Shown one piece after another: positions 10,792 to 20,497 of a DNA stretch of 64,000 bases. Numbering within the stretch: the first letter of the stretch is position 1; every line of letters begins with the position of its first letter. The stretch comes from Gammaproteobacteria bacterium (GTDB lineage: Bacteria > Pseudomonadota > Gammaproteobacteria > Pseudomonadales > Pseudohongiellaceae), in contig VMDC01000001.1 of NCBI GenBank assembly GCA_008081045.1, positions 225,280-289,279 on the forward strand, in the 5' to 3' direction. Below the pieces are notes generated by a model. That model saw nothing but the letters and a program-made list of their open reading frames with translations, had not been told where the DNA came from and did no database searches. The translations under genes and the position numbers were made by a program.

Positions 10792-12372
10792 ATGGTCAAC
10801 CCAGTCAGCAGGCGGGAATTTCTCAACTTGCTTGCCGCAACCGGCGGCACCGCGGCCGCGCTGCGTGCGGGCACCGCACTGAATCTGTTGCCGGGTTCGG
10901 CGTCAGCAGCTTCCCTGGATCTGCTTAATCTCGGCAGTAACCAGCGCAAAATCGCCATACTTGGTGGCGGTATTTCAGGGCTTACTGCGGCCTATGAACT
11001 GAGCAAGCAGGGCTATGACTGCACGGTGCTGGAAGCCTCTCACCGCTGTGGCGGCCGCGTTATGACCCTCCGTCACGGGGATCTGATCGATGAAATCGGC
11101 AATCGTCAATATTGCGAGTTCGATGATGAGCCGCACATGTATTTCAACGCCGGCGCCGCCCGGATTCCCAGCACTCATCGCAATCTTTTAGCCTATTGCA
11201 AAGAGCTGAATGTCGAACTTGAGGTGTTCATCAATGAGAACAAAACCTCATTTGTTCAGGACGACAACATGTTGGGTGGCAGGCCAATCCGCAACATCGA
11301 CTACACCACCAACATGCGTGGGTTCATGGCAGAGTTGATGGCGAAAGCCATGAACAGCGATGAACTGGATGCGCCGTTTACCGAGTCCGAAGCGGAAACA
11401 CTACTCAGTATGATTCGCTCCTTCGGTGACCTGAATGAGAATGACCTGTATTCCGGCAGCTTTCGGGCCGGATACGCCGAAGGGGGATTTTTAAAACACG
11501 GCGTGCAGAAAGACATGATTGCCTTTCGGGATTTACTTAAATCCCGTCTGGGCCGGCAGATGATGGGAGCAAATGAGGGCGACACCGGGCCTATCCTGAT
11601 GCAGCCTGTGGGAGGGATGGATAAGATTATCAGCGGATTTCTTAACCATGTCGGCGAACAGGTGAAGTATCGGGCGATGGTGACCTCAGTGCAGGTCACG
11701 GACAAGGGTGTCAATGTGGCCTATGATCAGGATGGTGTCCGGCACAGCCTTGAAGTGGATTATTGCTTTAACTGCATTCCGACTCATCTGATGGTCGGCA
11801 TAGATCACAATTTTCCGTCGGATTACGTCACTGCGATGAAGTACGTCCGTCGCGGCGAAGCCTACAAGGCCGCCTTTCAGGCCAAGCGCCGTTTCTGGGA
11901 GGATCTGGACATCTATGGCGGCATTTCCTGGTCGAACACCAAGAGCCGCCAGTTGTGGTATCCCACGCACGGGATTCACAAAGCCAAAGGCATCGTCCTT
12001 GGCGCTTATGACTATGGCGGCGGGATGTATCACACCATGATGAGTCAGGAAGAGCGGATCGAAGCCCACCTTGCAGACCATGAAAAAATTCATCCGGACT
12101 TCCGCGAGCTGGTGGAGAAGCCGGTCACGATTGGCTGGCACCGCATGAATCACATGCTGGGTTGCTCAGCCAGATGGTCACGCAACTTCGGTCGGGGTTG
12201 GACCCATGAAGAAGAAACGCTCTATCACACACTGCAGGCGCCGGTTAACGGTCGACACTACTTCATCGGTGATCAGATCAGTATGCATTCAGCCTGGCAG
12301 GAAAGCGCGGTGATGTCTGCCCAGTGGGCACTTAGCCACATGGATGCACAGGTGCGTGCCGAGCTGGCCTGA
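10792..12372 (+). CDS. Tat-exported flavin-containing amine oxidase family protein
   Basis: ATG at 10792 preceded by AGGAG. Twin-arginine signal MVNPVSRREFLNLLAATGGTAAALRAG. FAD dinucleotide fold KIAILGGGISGLTAAYEL...LEASHRCGGRV. C-terminal GDQIS typical of the amine oxidase family. Confidence 0.8.
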   Translation: MVNPVSRREFLNLLAATGGTAAALRAGTALNLLPGSASAASLDLLNLGSNQRKIAILGGGISGLTAAYELSKQGYDCTVLEASHRCGGRVMTLRHGDLIDEIGNRQYCEFDDEPHMYFNAGAARIPSTHRNLLAYCKELNVELEVFINENKTSFVQDDNMLGGRPIRNIDYTTNMRGFMAELMAKAMNSDELDAPFTESEAETLLSMIRSFGDLNENDLYSGSFRAGYAEGGFLKHGVQKDMIAFRDLLKSRLGRQMMGANEGDTGPILMQPVGGMDKIISGFLNHVGEQVKYRAMVTSVQVTDKGVNVAYDQDGVRHSLEVDYCFNCIPTHLMVGIDHNFPSDYVTAMKYVRRGEAYKAAFQAKRRFWEDLDIYGGISWSNTKSRQLWYPTHGIHKAKGIVLGAYDYGGGMYHTMMSQEERIEAHLADHEKIHPDFRELVEKPVTIGWHRMNHMLGCSARWSRNFGRGWTHEEETLYHTLQAPVNGRHYFIGDQISMHSAWQESAVMSAQWALSHMDAQVRAELA

Positions 12373-12397
12373 AGACTGTTGCCCTAAGGAGTTTGTA

Positions 12398-13054
12398 ATG
12401 CTGAATTTCCTTCCGCTCGACGCACGCCATAAACTATGGCGTCTGGCCACCAGAATCTTGCCCGTCCTGGCTGTCTGTCAGCTGATCCCCTTCACTGATG
12501 CGGCGGAACGGGAGCCCTATGACGATCGCTACTGTACGACCTGTCACGGCACTGACGGTAGGGGCAATGAAGGTATCGAAGCGCCGAGACTGGCAGGCAT
12601 GGAGGACTGGTATCTGCGTCGGCAGCTGGAGAATTTCCGCGCCGGCATTCGCGGTTATCACCCGATGGACACCGCAGGTATCGCGATGCGCCCCATGGCC
12701 AAGCTGACGGATGACAGCATCGCTGACATAGTAGCCTGGGTCGGCAGCTGGGACTACCAGCCCGCAGAAATCACGATTGAAGGTGATGTGCAGTCGGGTG
12801 AATTGCTGTACGGCGTGTGTGCCACCTGCCACGGTATGGACGCCAAAGGCAATGCGGCAATGGGTGCGCCGGCTCTGGCCGGACAGAACGACTGGTATCT
12901 GGTCACGCAACTGAGCAACTTCGTTGCGGGATACCGGGGTCGGCATGAAGACGATCGGTACGGCCAGCAGATGGCCGCCATGGTCGGCACACTGACCGAT
13001 GAGTCCGCTATCCGCGATGTGGTGGCTTACATCAATTCTCTGGAAACCCGCTAG
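12398..13054 (+). CDS. Di-haem c-type cytochrome (Sec signal)
   Basis: ATG at 12398 preceded by AAGGAG. Two CxxCH motifs: CTTCH (nt 12533-12547) and CATCH (nt 12818-12832). Two internally similar halves (LAG..DWYL..QL.NF..G.RG). Confidence 0.85.
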   Translation: MLNFLPLDARHKLWRLATRILPVLAVCQLIPFTDAAEREPYDDRYCTTCHGTDGRGNEGIEAPRLAGMEDWYLRRQLENFRAGIRGYHPMDTAGIAMRPMAKLTDDSIADIVAWVGSWDYQPAEITIEGDVQSGELLYGVCATCHGMDAKGNAAMGAPALAGQNDWYLVTQLSNFVAGYRGRHEDDRYGQQMAAMVGTLTDESAIRDVVAYINSLETR

Positions 13055-13324
13055 CCTGTCGGATTTGTTCCGAATGAGCCCGGGGGCTTGGTCTTCCAGA
13101 CAGCGCTAGATATACTGCTGGGTGAGGTGTTCACCAACCGGGCGTGCACAGCACGCGATGTCAGAGTCATCATCGTCGCACAGAGTCCGGTCACCAAGGT
13201 CAACGTGGGCTGTCTTTGACCCGATGAATTCCGAATCACGCATCACCCGGAATAAAACAATAAAGCGGCAGGCAACTGATCACTGGGCCAGACGTCCAAG
13301 GTCTGCGCCAAGGAGCGAACCACC

Positions 13325-14704
13325 ATGTCCATGTACGGTATTTTCAATCTTGTTGTTTTCGCAGCATTACTGAGCTTCCTGTTTCAGCTCGCTAAAAAAG
13401 AGTTGGGCCTGTCTCGCAGGGTGCTGATTGGCCTCATGCTGGGGAGCATTTTTGGCTTCTATCTCCAGCTGGTCGTCGGTTACACCGCCGAGGCCACCTC
13501 CGAGACCCTGGAGTGGACGAATGTTGTCGCCAACATTTATGTCAACCTGCTGCGCATGATCATCATACCTCTGGTGTTGATCACCATGATGGCCTCGGTG
13601 CTCAAAGTGGAGGAGATCAAGTCTCTGGGCAAAATCGGAGGTTCGGTGGTGGGTATCCTGGTCGTCACCACCATGATCGCGGCAGTGATTGGCATCATCA
13701 TGGCTTCACTGTTTGGCTTGAATGCCGGTGATTTGGCCAGCGGCGCCAGGGAACTGGCTCGCGCGGAGGTGCTGGAGTCACGTCTGGCGACTGACCGCAG
13801 TATCTCACAGCTGTTAATCGCTTCAGTGCCGAGCAATATTTTCGCTGATATGGCAGAGTCCCGCGCAACCTCTATCATCGCGGTCGCTGTCTTTGGCATG
13901 ATCATCGGCATCGCGGCCTTGCTGGTGAGTCAGGAAGATGCGGAGCACGGTACGCGGATTAAGTCCTTCGTCGATACGACACAAGCGGTCATTATGCGTC
14001 TGGTCAAGCTGGTCATTGGACTGACGCCTTATGGCGTACTCGCCCTGATGACGCGGGTGATAGCAACGACGGACGGGGGCGCAATCATCACGCTAATCGG
14101 GTTTGTTGTCGCTTCCTATATTGCTATTGCCATCATGTTTGTGGTCCATGGCCTCATCATTGCGATGGTGGGCGTTAACGTCAGGGAATACTTTCAGAAG
14201 GTGTGGCCGGTGCTGACTTTCGCGTTTGCGACCCGAAGTTCCGCTGCCACGATTCCGCTGACGATTCGCGCACAGATTGAAGAACTTAACGTGCCTGCGC
14301 CCATTGCGAATATCTCAGCCTCTTTCGGCGCGACCATCGGTCAGAACGGATGCGCAGGGATCTATCCTGCGATGCTGGCGGTCATGGTGGCGCCGACCAT
14401 GGGTGTCGACCTCGATTTCGGATTTATATCCAGCCTGTTGGTCGTGATCGCAATCGGTTCTTTCGGGATTGCAGGCGTGGGTGGAGGCGCAACCAATGCG
14501 GCTCTGGTTGTGCTGCCGGCAGTTGGATTTCCGGTCACCGTTGCAGCGCTGTTGATCTCGATTGAGCCGCTGATTGATATGGCCCGGACTGCGCTGAACG
14601 TCAATGGTGCGATCACTACCGGTATCCTCACAAACCGATTTATCGGCGCACAAGCAGAAGATGCGGCACCTATGATGGCGGCGCAGAGTCTGCAGGAAAA
14701 TTAA
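13325..14704 (+). CDS. Dicarboxylate/amino acid:cation symporter (DAACS family, TcyP-like)
   Basis: 459 aa polytopic protein. DAACS motifs TRSSAATIPL and GATIGQNGCAGIYPA. The N-terminal architecture resembles L-cystine/amino-acid symporters. Confidence 0.8.
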   Translation: MSMYGIFNLVVFAALLSFLFQLAKKELGLSRRVLIGLMLGSIFGFYLQLVVGYTAEATSETLEWTNVVANIYVNLLRMIIIPLVLITMMASVLKVEEIKSLGKIGGSVVGILVVTTMIAAVIGIIMASLFGLNAGDLASGARELARAEVLESRLATDRSISQLLIASVPSNIFADMAESRATSIIAVAVFGMIIGIAALLVSQEDAEHGTRIKSFVDTTQAVIMRLVKLVIGLTPYGVLALMTRVIATTDGGAIITLIGFVVASYIAIAIMFVVHGLIIAMVGVNVREYFQKVWPVLTFAFATRSSAATIPLTIRAQIEELNVPAPIANISASFGATIGQNGCAGIYPAMLAVMVAPTMGVDLDFGFISSLLVVIAIGSFGIAGVGGGATNAALVVLPAVGFPVTVAALLISIEPLIDMARTALNVNGAITTGILTNRFIGAQAEDAAPMMAAQSLQEN

Positions 14705-14750
14705 TTCGAGCAATCGGTTTGGTTTGCTGGGTTTAATAATGGAGAGAAAA

Positions 14751-15221
14751 ATGAAGCAATTGAAAATCATAATGGCGTGCATATTCAGTGTGGCCTTGAT
14801 GGGGGGATCGGCTCTGGCCGGCGCTCAGGAGATTACGCGCTACAATGAGGGAAACTATTTTTACACGTCGATCACTATTCCTCCCGGCGCGGAAACGATG
14901 TATCTGTCGGGCTCCGGGGCTCGCCCGATGGATGACGGCAGCTGGGGCGACATGAAGCAGCAGACGGTCAATACCTTCTCCCGTTTCAAGCAGACTCTCG
15001 AAGAGCAGGGCTGGTCGATGTCGGATATCGTTCAGGTCAGGGCCTTTGCTGTAGCCGGTGAGGACGGTCTCGATTTTGCGGGTTTCAACGAGGGCTACTC
15101 TGAGTTTTTCGGAACAGATGAGAATCCGAACAAGCCCGTGCGCTCTTTTGTTGAAATCAAGGATCTGGTGGTCGAAGGCTGGTTGGTAGAAATTGAAATA
15201 CGTGCCGCCCGAATGCCTTAG
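14751..15221 (+). CDS. RidA/YjgF-family protein with an N-terminal signal peptide
   Basis: ATG at 14751 preceded by GGAGAG. Signal peptide MKQLKIIMACIFSVALMGGSALAGA/QE. The C-terminal half aligns by eye with E. coli RidA (DIV..R.F......F...Y.EFF....P.RS.VE...L.....VEIEI), including the conserved Arg (PVRS). Confidence 0.75.
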   Translation: MKQLKIIMACIFSVALMGGSALAGAQEITRYNEGNYFYTSITIPPGAETMYLSGSGARPMDDGSWGDMKQQTVNTFSRFKQTLEEQGWSMSDIVQVRAFAVAGEDGLDFAGFNEGYSEFFGTDENPNKPVRSFVEIKDLVVEGWLVEIEIRAARMP

Positions 15222-15241
15222 TAGCAATCGGGACGCAATGG

Positions 15242-15278
15242 AAATCGGCTCTGCTGACAAAGCGGGCCGATTTTTTTT
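15242..15278 (+). terminator. Rho-independent terminator after the DAACS-RidA pair
   Basis: AAATCGGC (15242-15249) pairs with GCCGATTT (15266-15273), followed by a T8 run (15271-15278). Confidence 0.7.
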
Positions 15279-15421
15279 GTCCTGAAATTAAGATCAGTGC
15301 TTGCCGAGGTGTCGGCCGGGGCGGCATGTTTATCCCGGAATCTGCTCTGGTGTACTGGCCGCATCCGTGAGAGCCTGCGCAGAGTCCTGGCCTATTCTTC
15401 CCAAACTCGGAGCCACACACC

Positions 15422-17287
15422 ATGAGAATTCTTCTGGTTCTTATACTGTTGTCAGCACAACTGGCCTACGCCCAGGCCGATTTCAATGTGTTTGAAGCGA
15501 GCATCGCTGACCTGCAGCAAGCGCTGTCCGGAGGTCACGTGACTTCAGTGCAGCTGGTGAATCAGTATATTGAGCGCATCGAGGCATTTGACCGGGCCGG
15601 GCCGGAGCTCAACTCAGTGATCAGGGTTAACCCTGATGCAGTCAGGATTGCCCGGGCGCTTGACACAGAGCGGCAAACCCGCGGAGCTCGCAGTCCGCTT
15701 CATGGCGTGCCGATACTGGTGAAAGACAATTACAACGTGCCCGGTATGCCCACGACCGGAGGGTCGGTCGCGCTCGCGAACTTTATGCCGAATGCGCCGG
15801 CGAGCCAGATTGAGAGGCTCATTGACGCCGGAGCAATCGTGCTGGCAAAAACCAATCTGCACGAGTTTGCTTACGGCATCACAACGGTAGGCTCAATTTT
15901 CGGACGCACGCGAAACCCTTACGACCCGCGCAGGGTGCCGGGCGGCTCCAGTGGCGGTACAGGTGCTGCAGTCGCAGCGAGTTTTGGTGCGGTTGGCCTC
16001 GGGTCTGATACCTGCGGGTCAATCAGGATTCCGGCCGCATTCAATAACCTGGTGGGGCTGCGACCCACAAAAGGCCTTTCCAGCATTCACGGTATTCTGC
16101 CTCTCGCGCACACCCAGGATGTTGGCGGTCCACTGGCCAGAAGTGCTGAGGATCTTGCCATTGTTCTGGATATTGTCTCGGGATTTGATCCGGCCGACCC
16201 AGCTACTGAACTGATGGGTGGTCGCCCAGCGCTGCAGTTTCGCGAAACGCTCGGTACGGTTGCTCCTGGCTCGCTCCGACTGGGCAAACTCACCCGTTAT
16301 TTCTCCACCGCTGCCGATCCGGTGACAGCAGAAATTGATGCAGCACTTGAGTGGTTTGCGGAGCAGGGCGCAGAAATTGTTGAACTTGAGGTGCCGAATA
16401 TGGACGCCCTGCTGCGCGACTCAGATGTATTGTCCATCGAGTTTCCGCCTGACCTTGAGAGGTATCTGGCAACGTTTGGCGCTGAAGAAATCAGTTCTCT
16501 GGAGGAGGTGATTGAGCGGGGATTGTTTCATCAAGGGGTATCGGGAGTGTTGCGCTACAGTGCGTCACTGAATGTCAGCGACAGCGATTATCAGTCCCGT
16601 TTGTCAATGCGCAGCGAACTGCGGGCTGCGATTGAACGCGCCCTGAGTGAAAACGACCTGGACGGCCTGGTGTATCCAACCATCGGCCAGCTACCCGTCA
16701 GACTGGGAGAACCACAGACGGGTGACCCCGCCACCGGCGCCAACTGCACGCTGTCGGCGAACTCGGGCTTGCCGGCAATCTCCTTTCCTGCGGGCTTTAC
16801 TGACGATGGACTGCCAGTGGGCATTGAAATACTCGGTTCGATGCTCAGTGACGCTGAATTACTGGCTATCGCCGACAGCTATGAGAAAGCGAATTCCATT
16901 CGACGCCCACCTGCGGTCACGCCCGCCATTGTGCAGGGTGTTCTGCCACAGGTGCTCAGTCGGGTGATTGAGTTTAACGAGGGCAATGTGCAGTTTGAGG
17001 GCGTCATGGAAATTGATCTGCTTAAAAACGAAATGCGCTATTCTCTGGCCGTGGCTCCGGATAGCAAGGCGATTTACGCGGTGACTCTGGTCAGAGCGCC
17101 TGCTCAGGGCGCGGGTCAGGTTCAGCCAGCGATGGTCAATCTGTTGCCACCGCAGCGAAGCGATGTGTCCGGAGAGTTTTATTTGACGGCGCGTTTCAGG
17201 GAAGCACTCAACGCAGACGAACTGGCGCTGCGAGTATTTGCCGAGGGTTTAGATCCTTCAGGAAGCGTGCTGCCGCTGCCCAATTAA
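15422..17287 (+). CDS. Secreted amidase-signature (AS) family amidase with an extra C-terminal domain
   Basis: Signal peptide MRILLVLILLSAQLAYA/QA. AS motif GGSSGGTGAAVAA with GSDTCGSIRIPA. About 120 extra residues after the AS domain. Confidence 0.85.
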   Translation: MRILLVLILLSAQLAYAQADFNVFEASIADLQQALSGGHVTSVQLVNQYIERIEAFDRAGPELNSVIRVNPDAVRIARALDTERQTRGARSPLHGVPILVKDNYNVPGMPTTGGSVALANFMPNAPASQIERLIDAGAIVLAKTNLHEFAYGITTVGSIFGRTRNPYDPRRVPGGSSGGTGAAVAASFGAVGLGSDTCGSIRIPAAFNNLVGLRPTKGLSSIHGILPLAHTQDVGGPLARSAEDLAIVLDIVSGFDPADPATELMGGRPALQFRETLGTVAPGSLRLGKLTRYFSTAADPVTAEIDAALEWFAEQGAEIVELEVPNMDALLRDSDVLSIEFPPDLERYLATFGAEEISSLEEVIERGLFHQGVSGVLRYSASLNVSDSDYQSRLSMRSELRAAIERALSENDLDGLVYPTIGQLPVRLGEPQTGDPATGANCTLSANSGLPAISFPAGFTDDGLPVGIEILGSMLSDAELLAIADSYEKANSIRRPPAVTPAIVQGVLPQVLSRVIEFNEGNVQFEGVMEIDLLKNEMRYSLAVAPDSKAIYAVTLVRAPAQGAGQVQPAMVNLLPPQRSDVSGEFYLTARFREALNADELALRVFAEGLDPSGSVLPLPN

Positions 17288-17323
17288 TCCGCTCGTGGCA
17301 GACAGCGCGTCGGGGCCCTTTTG

Positions 17324-17971
17324 TCAGCGATCAATAAGAGCCCGAATCTTGGCTTTGAATGATTCAGTCGTTAAGGCCTGATCTGGATCCGGTGAATCGC
17401 TGGATACCACCACGCCAGTAGCTGGCTCAGTGTCGCCATCGATGACGCTGACGGGTTTACGCAGGGCTACCGGTACAGATTGCGTGGATAAAACGTCCGT
17501 GACGGGCCTGTCATTAACGGTGCTGACTCTGCGCTCTCCGCTCTCTTCGTAAATCAGGTAATGTCCCTGAGACCAACCCAGCAGCGGATTGACCAGATTG
17601 CGATTAACGGATTCCACGAAGTAAATGCCCTCTTCGTTGGGACTCGGGATGCGCAGACCACTGATCTCCATGATTTGCCCGCCGAGCCTGCCGCCGGTGA
17701 ATTTCAGTTCCAGCAGAGGTTCGTCATACTCGCCTTTGATCAATTCTTCGATTCTGAACGTGACGTAGGTAACAATCATGCCCGCGGCATTTTCGCGGAC
17801 GTTGTGTTCGACTACTTTGCCTTCGAAGATGAGTTCAGCGCCCTGCGCCACTTCATCGATGTTCATGCCGAGAATGGTCGTTGCCCCGAGTGGACTGACC
17901 AGCAGGAGATAGCTCATCAGGACACTGACAAGCGTCTTACCGGCAGCACAGTGGCGTTCTCTGGATCGCAT
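17324..17971 (-). CDS. Hypothetical exported protein
   Basis: A hydrophobic N-terminal segment is the only recognisable feature. No family recognised. Start uncertain. Confidence 0.4.
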   Translation of the reverse strand: MRSRERHCAAGKTLVSVLMSYLLLVSPLGATTILGMNIDEVAQGAELIFEGKVVEHNVRENAAGMIVTYVTFRIEELIKGEYDEPLLELKFTGGRLGGQIMEISGLRIPSPNEEGIYFVESVNRNLVNPLLGWSQGHYLIYEESGERRVSTVNDRPVTDVLSTQSVPVALRKPVSVIDGDTEPATGVVVSSDSPDPDQALTTESFKAKIRALIDR

Positions 17972-18287
17972 CAGTCACCCTGAATATCTGCTATCTGGAA
18001 AGCGCAAAGTATAGGCATGTTGTGCCCGCCGGGCAAAGCGCGAGATTCCGCTAGTACTGATGTAGCCAGCATCGGATCACACCCGCGGCGGCATACAGCT
18101 GATGACGCAACCTGATCTAAGGGAAGCGCCGGACTCAGGTGCCGGGCTGACAGCAGAGCGTGAGCAAGGCCTTGTCCAGCCTATGGCTAGAATGATCAGG
18201 GCCTTAAGGGTATTCTGTAAGCTGTCACTGCCGCGACGGATTCCGCTATCTGGCGCGCTCGCTGTAACCGGATAAGGCCACGCCTCG

Positions 18288-20465
18288 ATGCAATCCAATC
18301 ACTTTGCCAATATTGTTTCAGGCAGTCTTATCGCGCTGGTGAACATTTCGGTTGCCGTCTCGGTTGCGGCTTTACTGTTCGCCCAAGCCGATCCCAGGCT
18401 TATGGTTCCGGGCATTGGCATTCTGCTGGTCGGAACTCTGGTCACCGGTCTTGGCGGCACGCTGTTCAGTCATTTTCCGGCAATCATCTGTTCACCCCGA
18501 AATGGATTGGTACCGGTCTTTGCTGTCATGGTTGCCGGGATCTTTGCCAGTTTTGACGGTGAGTATTCTGTTGCCGCGGAGGCAACGATCATCGCCGCCT
18601 TCATGATTACGACCATGATTACCGGTCTTTTTCTGCTGCTTCTCGGGCGACTCAAATTAGGCAATCTGGTCCGTTATATCCCTTACCCGGTATCCGGAGG
18701 GTTTTTCGCTGGCATTGGCTATATTTTTGTCGAGGGTGGTATTACCGTTGCCACCAGTTAGGAGCCAAGCCTCAGCGCCCTGGCCTCCGGCGAATACCGT
18801 CAGCTGATGATCCCAGCTGTGGTGCTTGCTGTTTGTCTGGCTTCCAGCAAACTGCTTCGTGATAACCGCTTTGCCGTTCCCGGCATACTGCTGATGGCGA
18901 TGCTGCTGTTTTATGCGGTGCTGTATTACTCGGGAATTTCGCTTCAGGAGGCTGCCGCGCGGGATTGGCTGCCTTCTATCGAATCTACCGGTGCGCTGGT
19001 GCCGGTCTTCCATGTGGCGTATTTCGAGCAGATTAACTGGCTGGCTCTCTCCGGGCAGATGGACGGCATCATCGTCGTGGCCTTGCTCAGTTCCATGATG
19101 TTGCTGTTGGATGTATCCGGCGTAGAGCTCATCGCGCGCGATGACCTTGATCCGGATCATGAGCTGCAGGTCATGGGATTCACGAACATGGTGAACAGCT
19201 GCTTCGGCGGATTTCCCGGCGTGCACGATGTGTCTGACACTGCGCTGGTCGACAGACTGGGCGGCAAGGGACGACTTACCGGTTTTGTCTACACGCTGCT
19301 GGTAGGTGCCGCTATTCTGGCGGGCGCAGATTTCATGGAAATTGTCCCCACATTCATCCTTGGAGGTTTGCTGATTTATGTGGGGCTGGAGTTCCTGATC
19401 GATTGGCTCTGGAAAGCGCGCGAAGAATTACCGATGTCAGATTATCTGGTGGTCATTCTGATACTTATTGTGGTGATGTTCTCCGACATCCTGCAGGGCG
19501 TCAGCTTTGGCTTCTTAGTAGCGATTGTCCTCTTTGTGGTGAACTATTCACAGCTCAGCGTAATCAAGACAGAAACCAATGGCAGTGATCATGCCTCCAA
19601 TGTTGATCGTGATCTTGAGACCCGTGAGCTCCTGAACCAGGAAGGGAATCGTATTCTGATCCTTATCCTGCAGGGTTTTATCTTCTTTGGCACCGCAGAC
19701 AAGCTGATCAGCGCAATACGCTCCCGCATCATGGATCAAGAGGGATCACGGTTCGATTTTCTGGTTCTTGATTTTCATCATGTCAGTCAGCTGGACACCT
19801 CGGCGATCGTCAATTTCGCCAAGCTGGCGCAATTGAGTGATCGTCTGGGTTTCCATATCGTCATCAGCGGAGCACATGAAAATGCCATCAGGCAGTTAGC
19901 CAAACACCGGTTCTTCACCCTGGGTGATCAGCGATTTGAGCGAAACTACAAGGATCAAGTTGAAACTGCGGTTGACTGGTGTGAGCGCCGTATACTGGCA
20001 GATTTAAATCGTGATGATGAAAATCTGAATCTGACACTGACAGATATTCTGCGCCGTATCGCTGATGATGAGTCAGACGTTGAGCTGCTGGCCAATTACT
20101 TCGTCGTGGAAAATCGTGCCGCTGGGGAGTATCTGTTTCATGAGGGCGATCGCGGGGAGAGCCTTTATTTTGTGGGCTCCGGAAGTGTTGTGGTTGTTCT
20201 GGAGATGGCCGGTCAGCACGAGCACGTGCTCCGCAAATACAAGGCTGGTGCGGTCCTCGGAGAGATGGCTTTGTATACCGGTGAGAATCGGACCGCCAGC
20301 GTTCGGATCGAAGAAGAGGCCACGTTATACAGACTGGACAAGGAAAAGCTGGAGGTCATGTCCGGACAGTTTCCCGCGTCGGTTGCGGTGCTCAACACTT
20401 ACGTAGTGCGAGTATTGTCTGAGCGACTGGGCCGTGCGACCCGTAATCTGAGCCGCTATATGTAG
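18288..20465 (+). pseudogene. SulP-family anion transporter fused to STAS and cyclic-nucleotide-binding domains, interrupted by an in-frame TAG at 18759-18761
   Basis: ORFs 18288..18761 and 18807..20465 are in the same frame. Translation continues sensibly across the TAG (...GGITVATS*EPSLSALASGEYRQLMIPAVVLAV...). STAS region ILILQGFIFFGTADKL...LDFHHVSQLDTSA. CNB motif FHEGDRGESLYFVGSG...GEMALYTGENRTASV. Confidence 0.75.
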
Positions 20466-20497
20466 CGAGCTGATCAGATTGTTTCTGTAGTTTGCTG

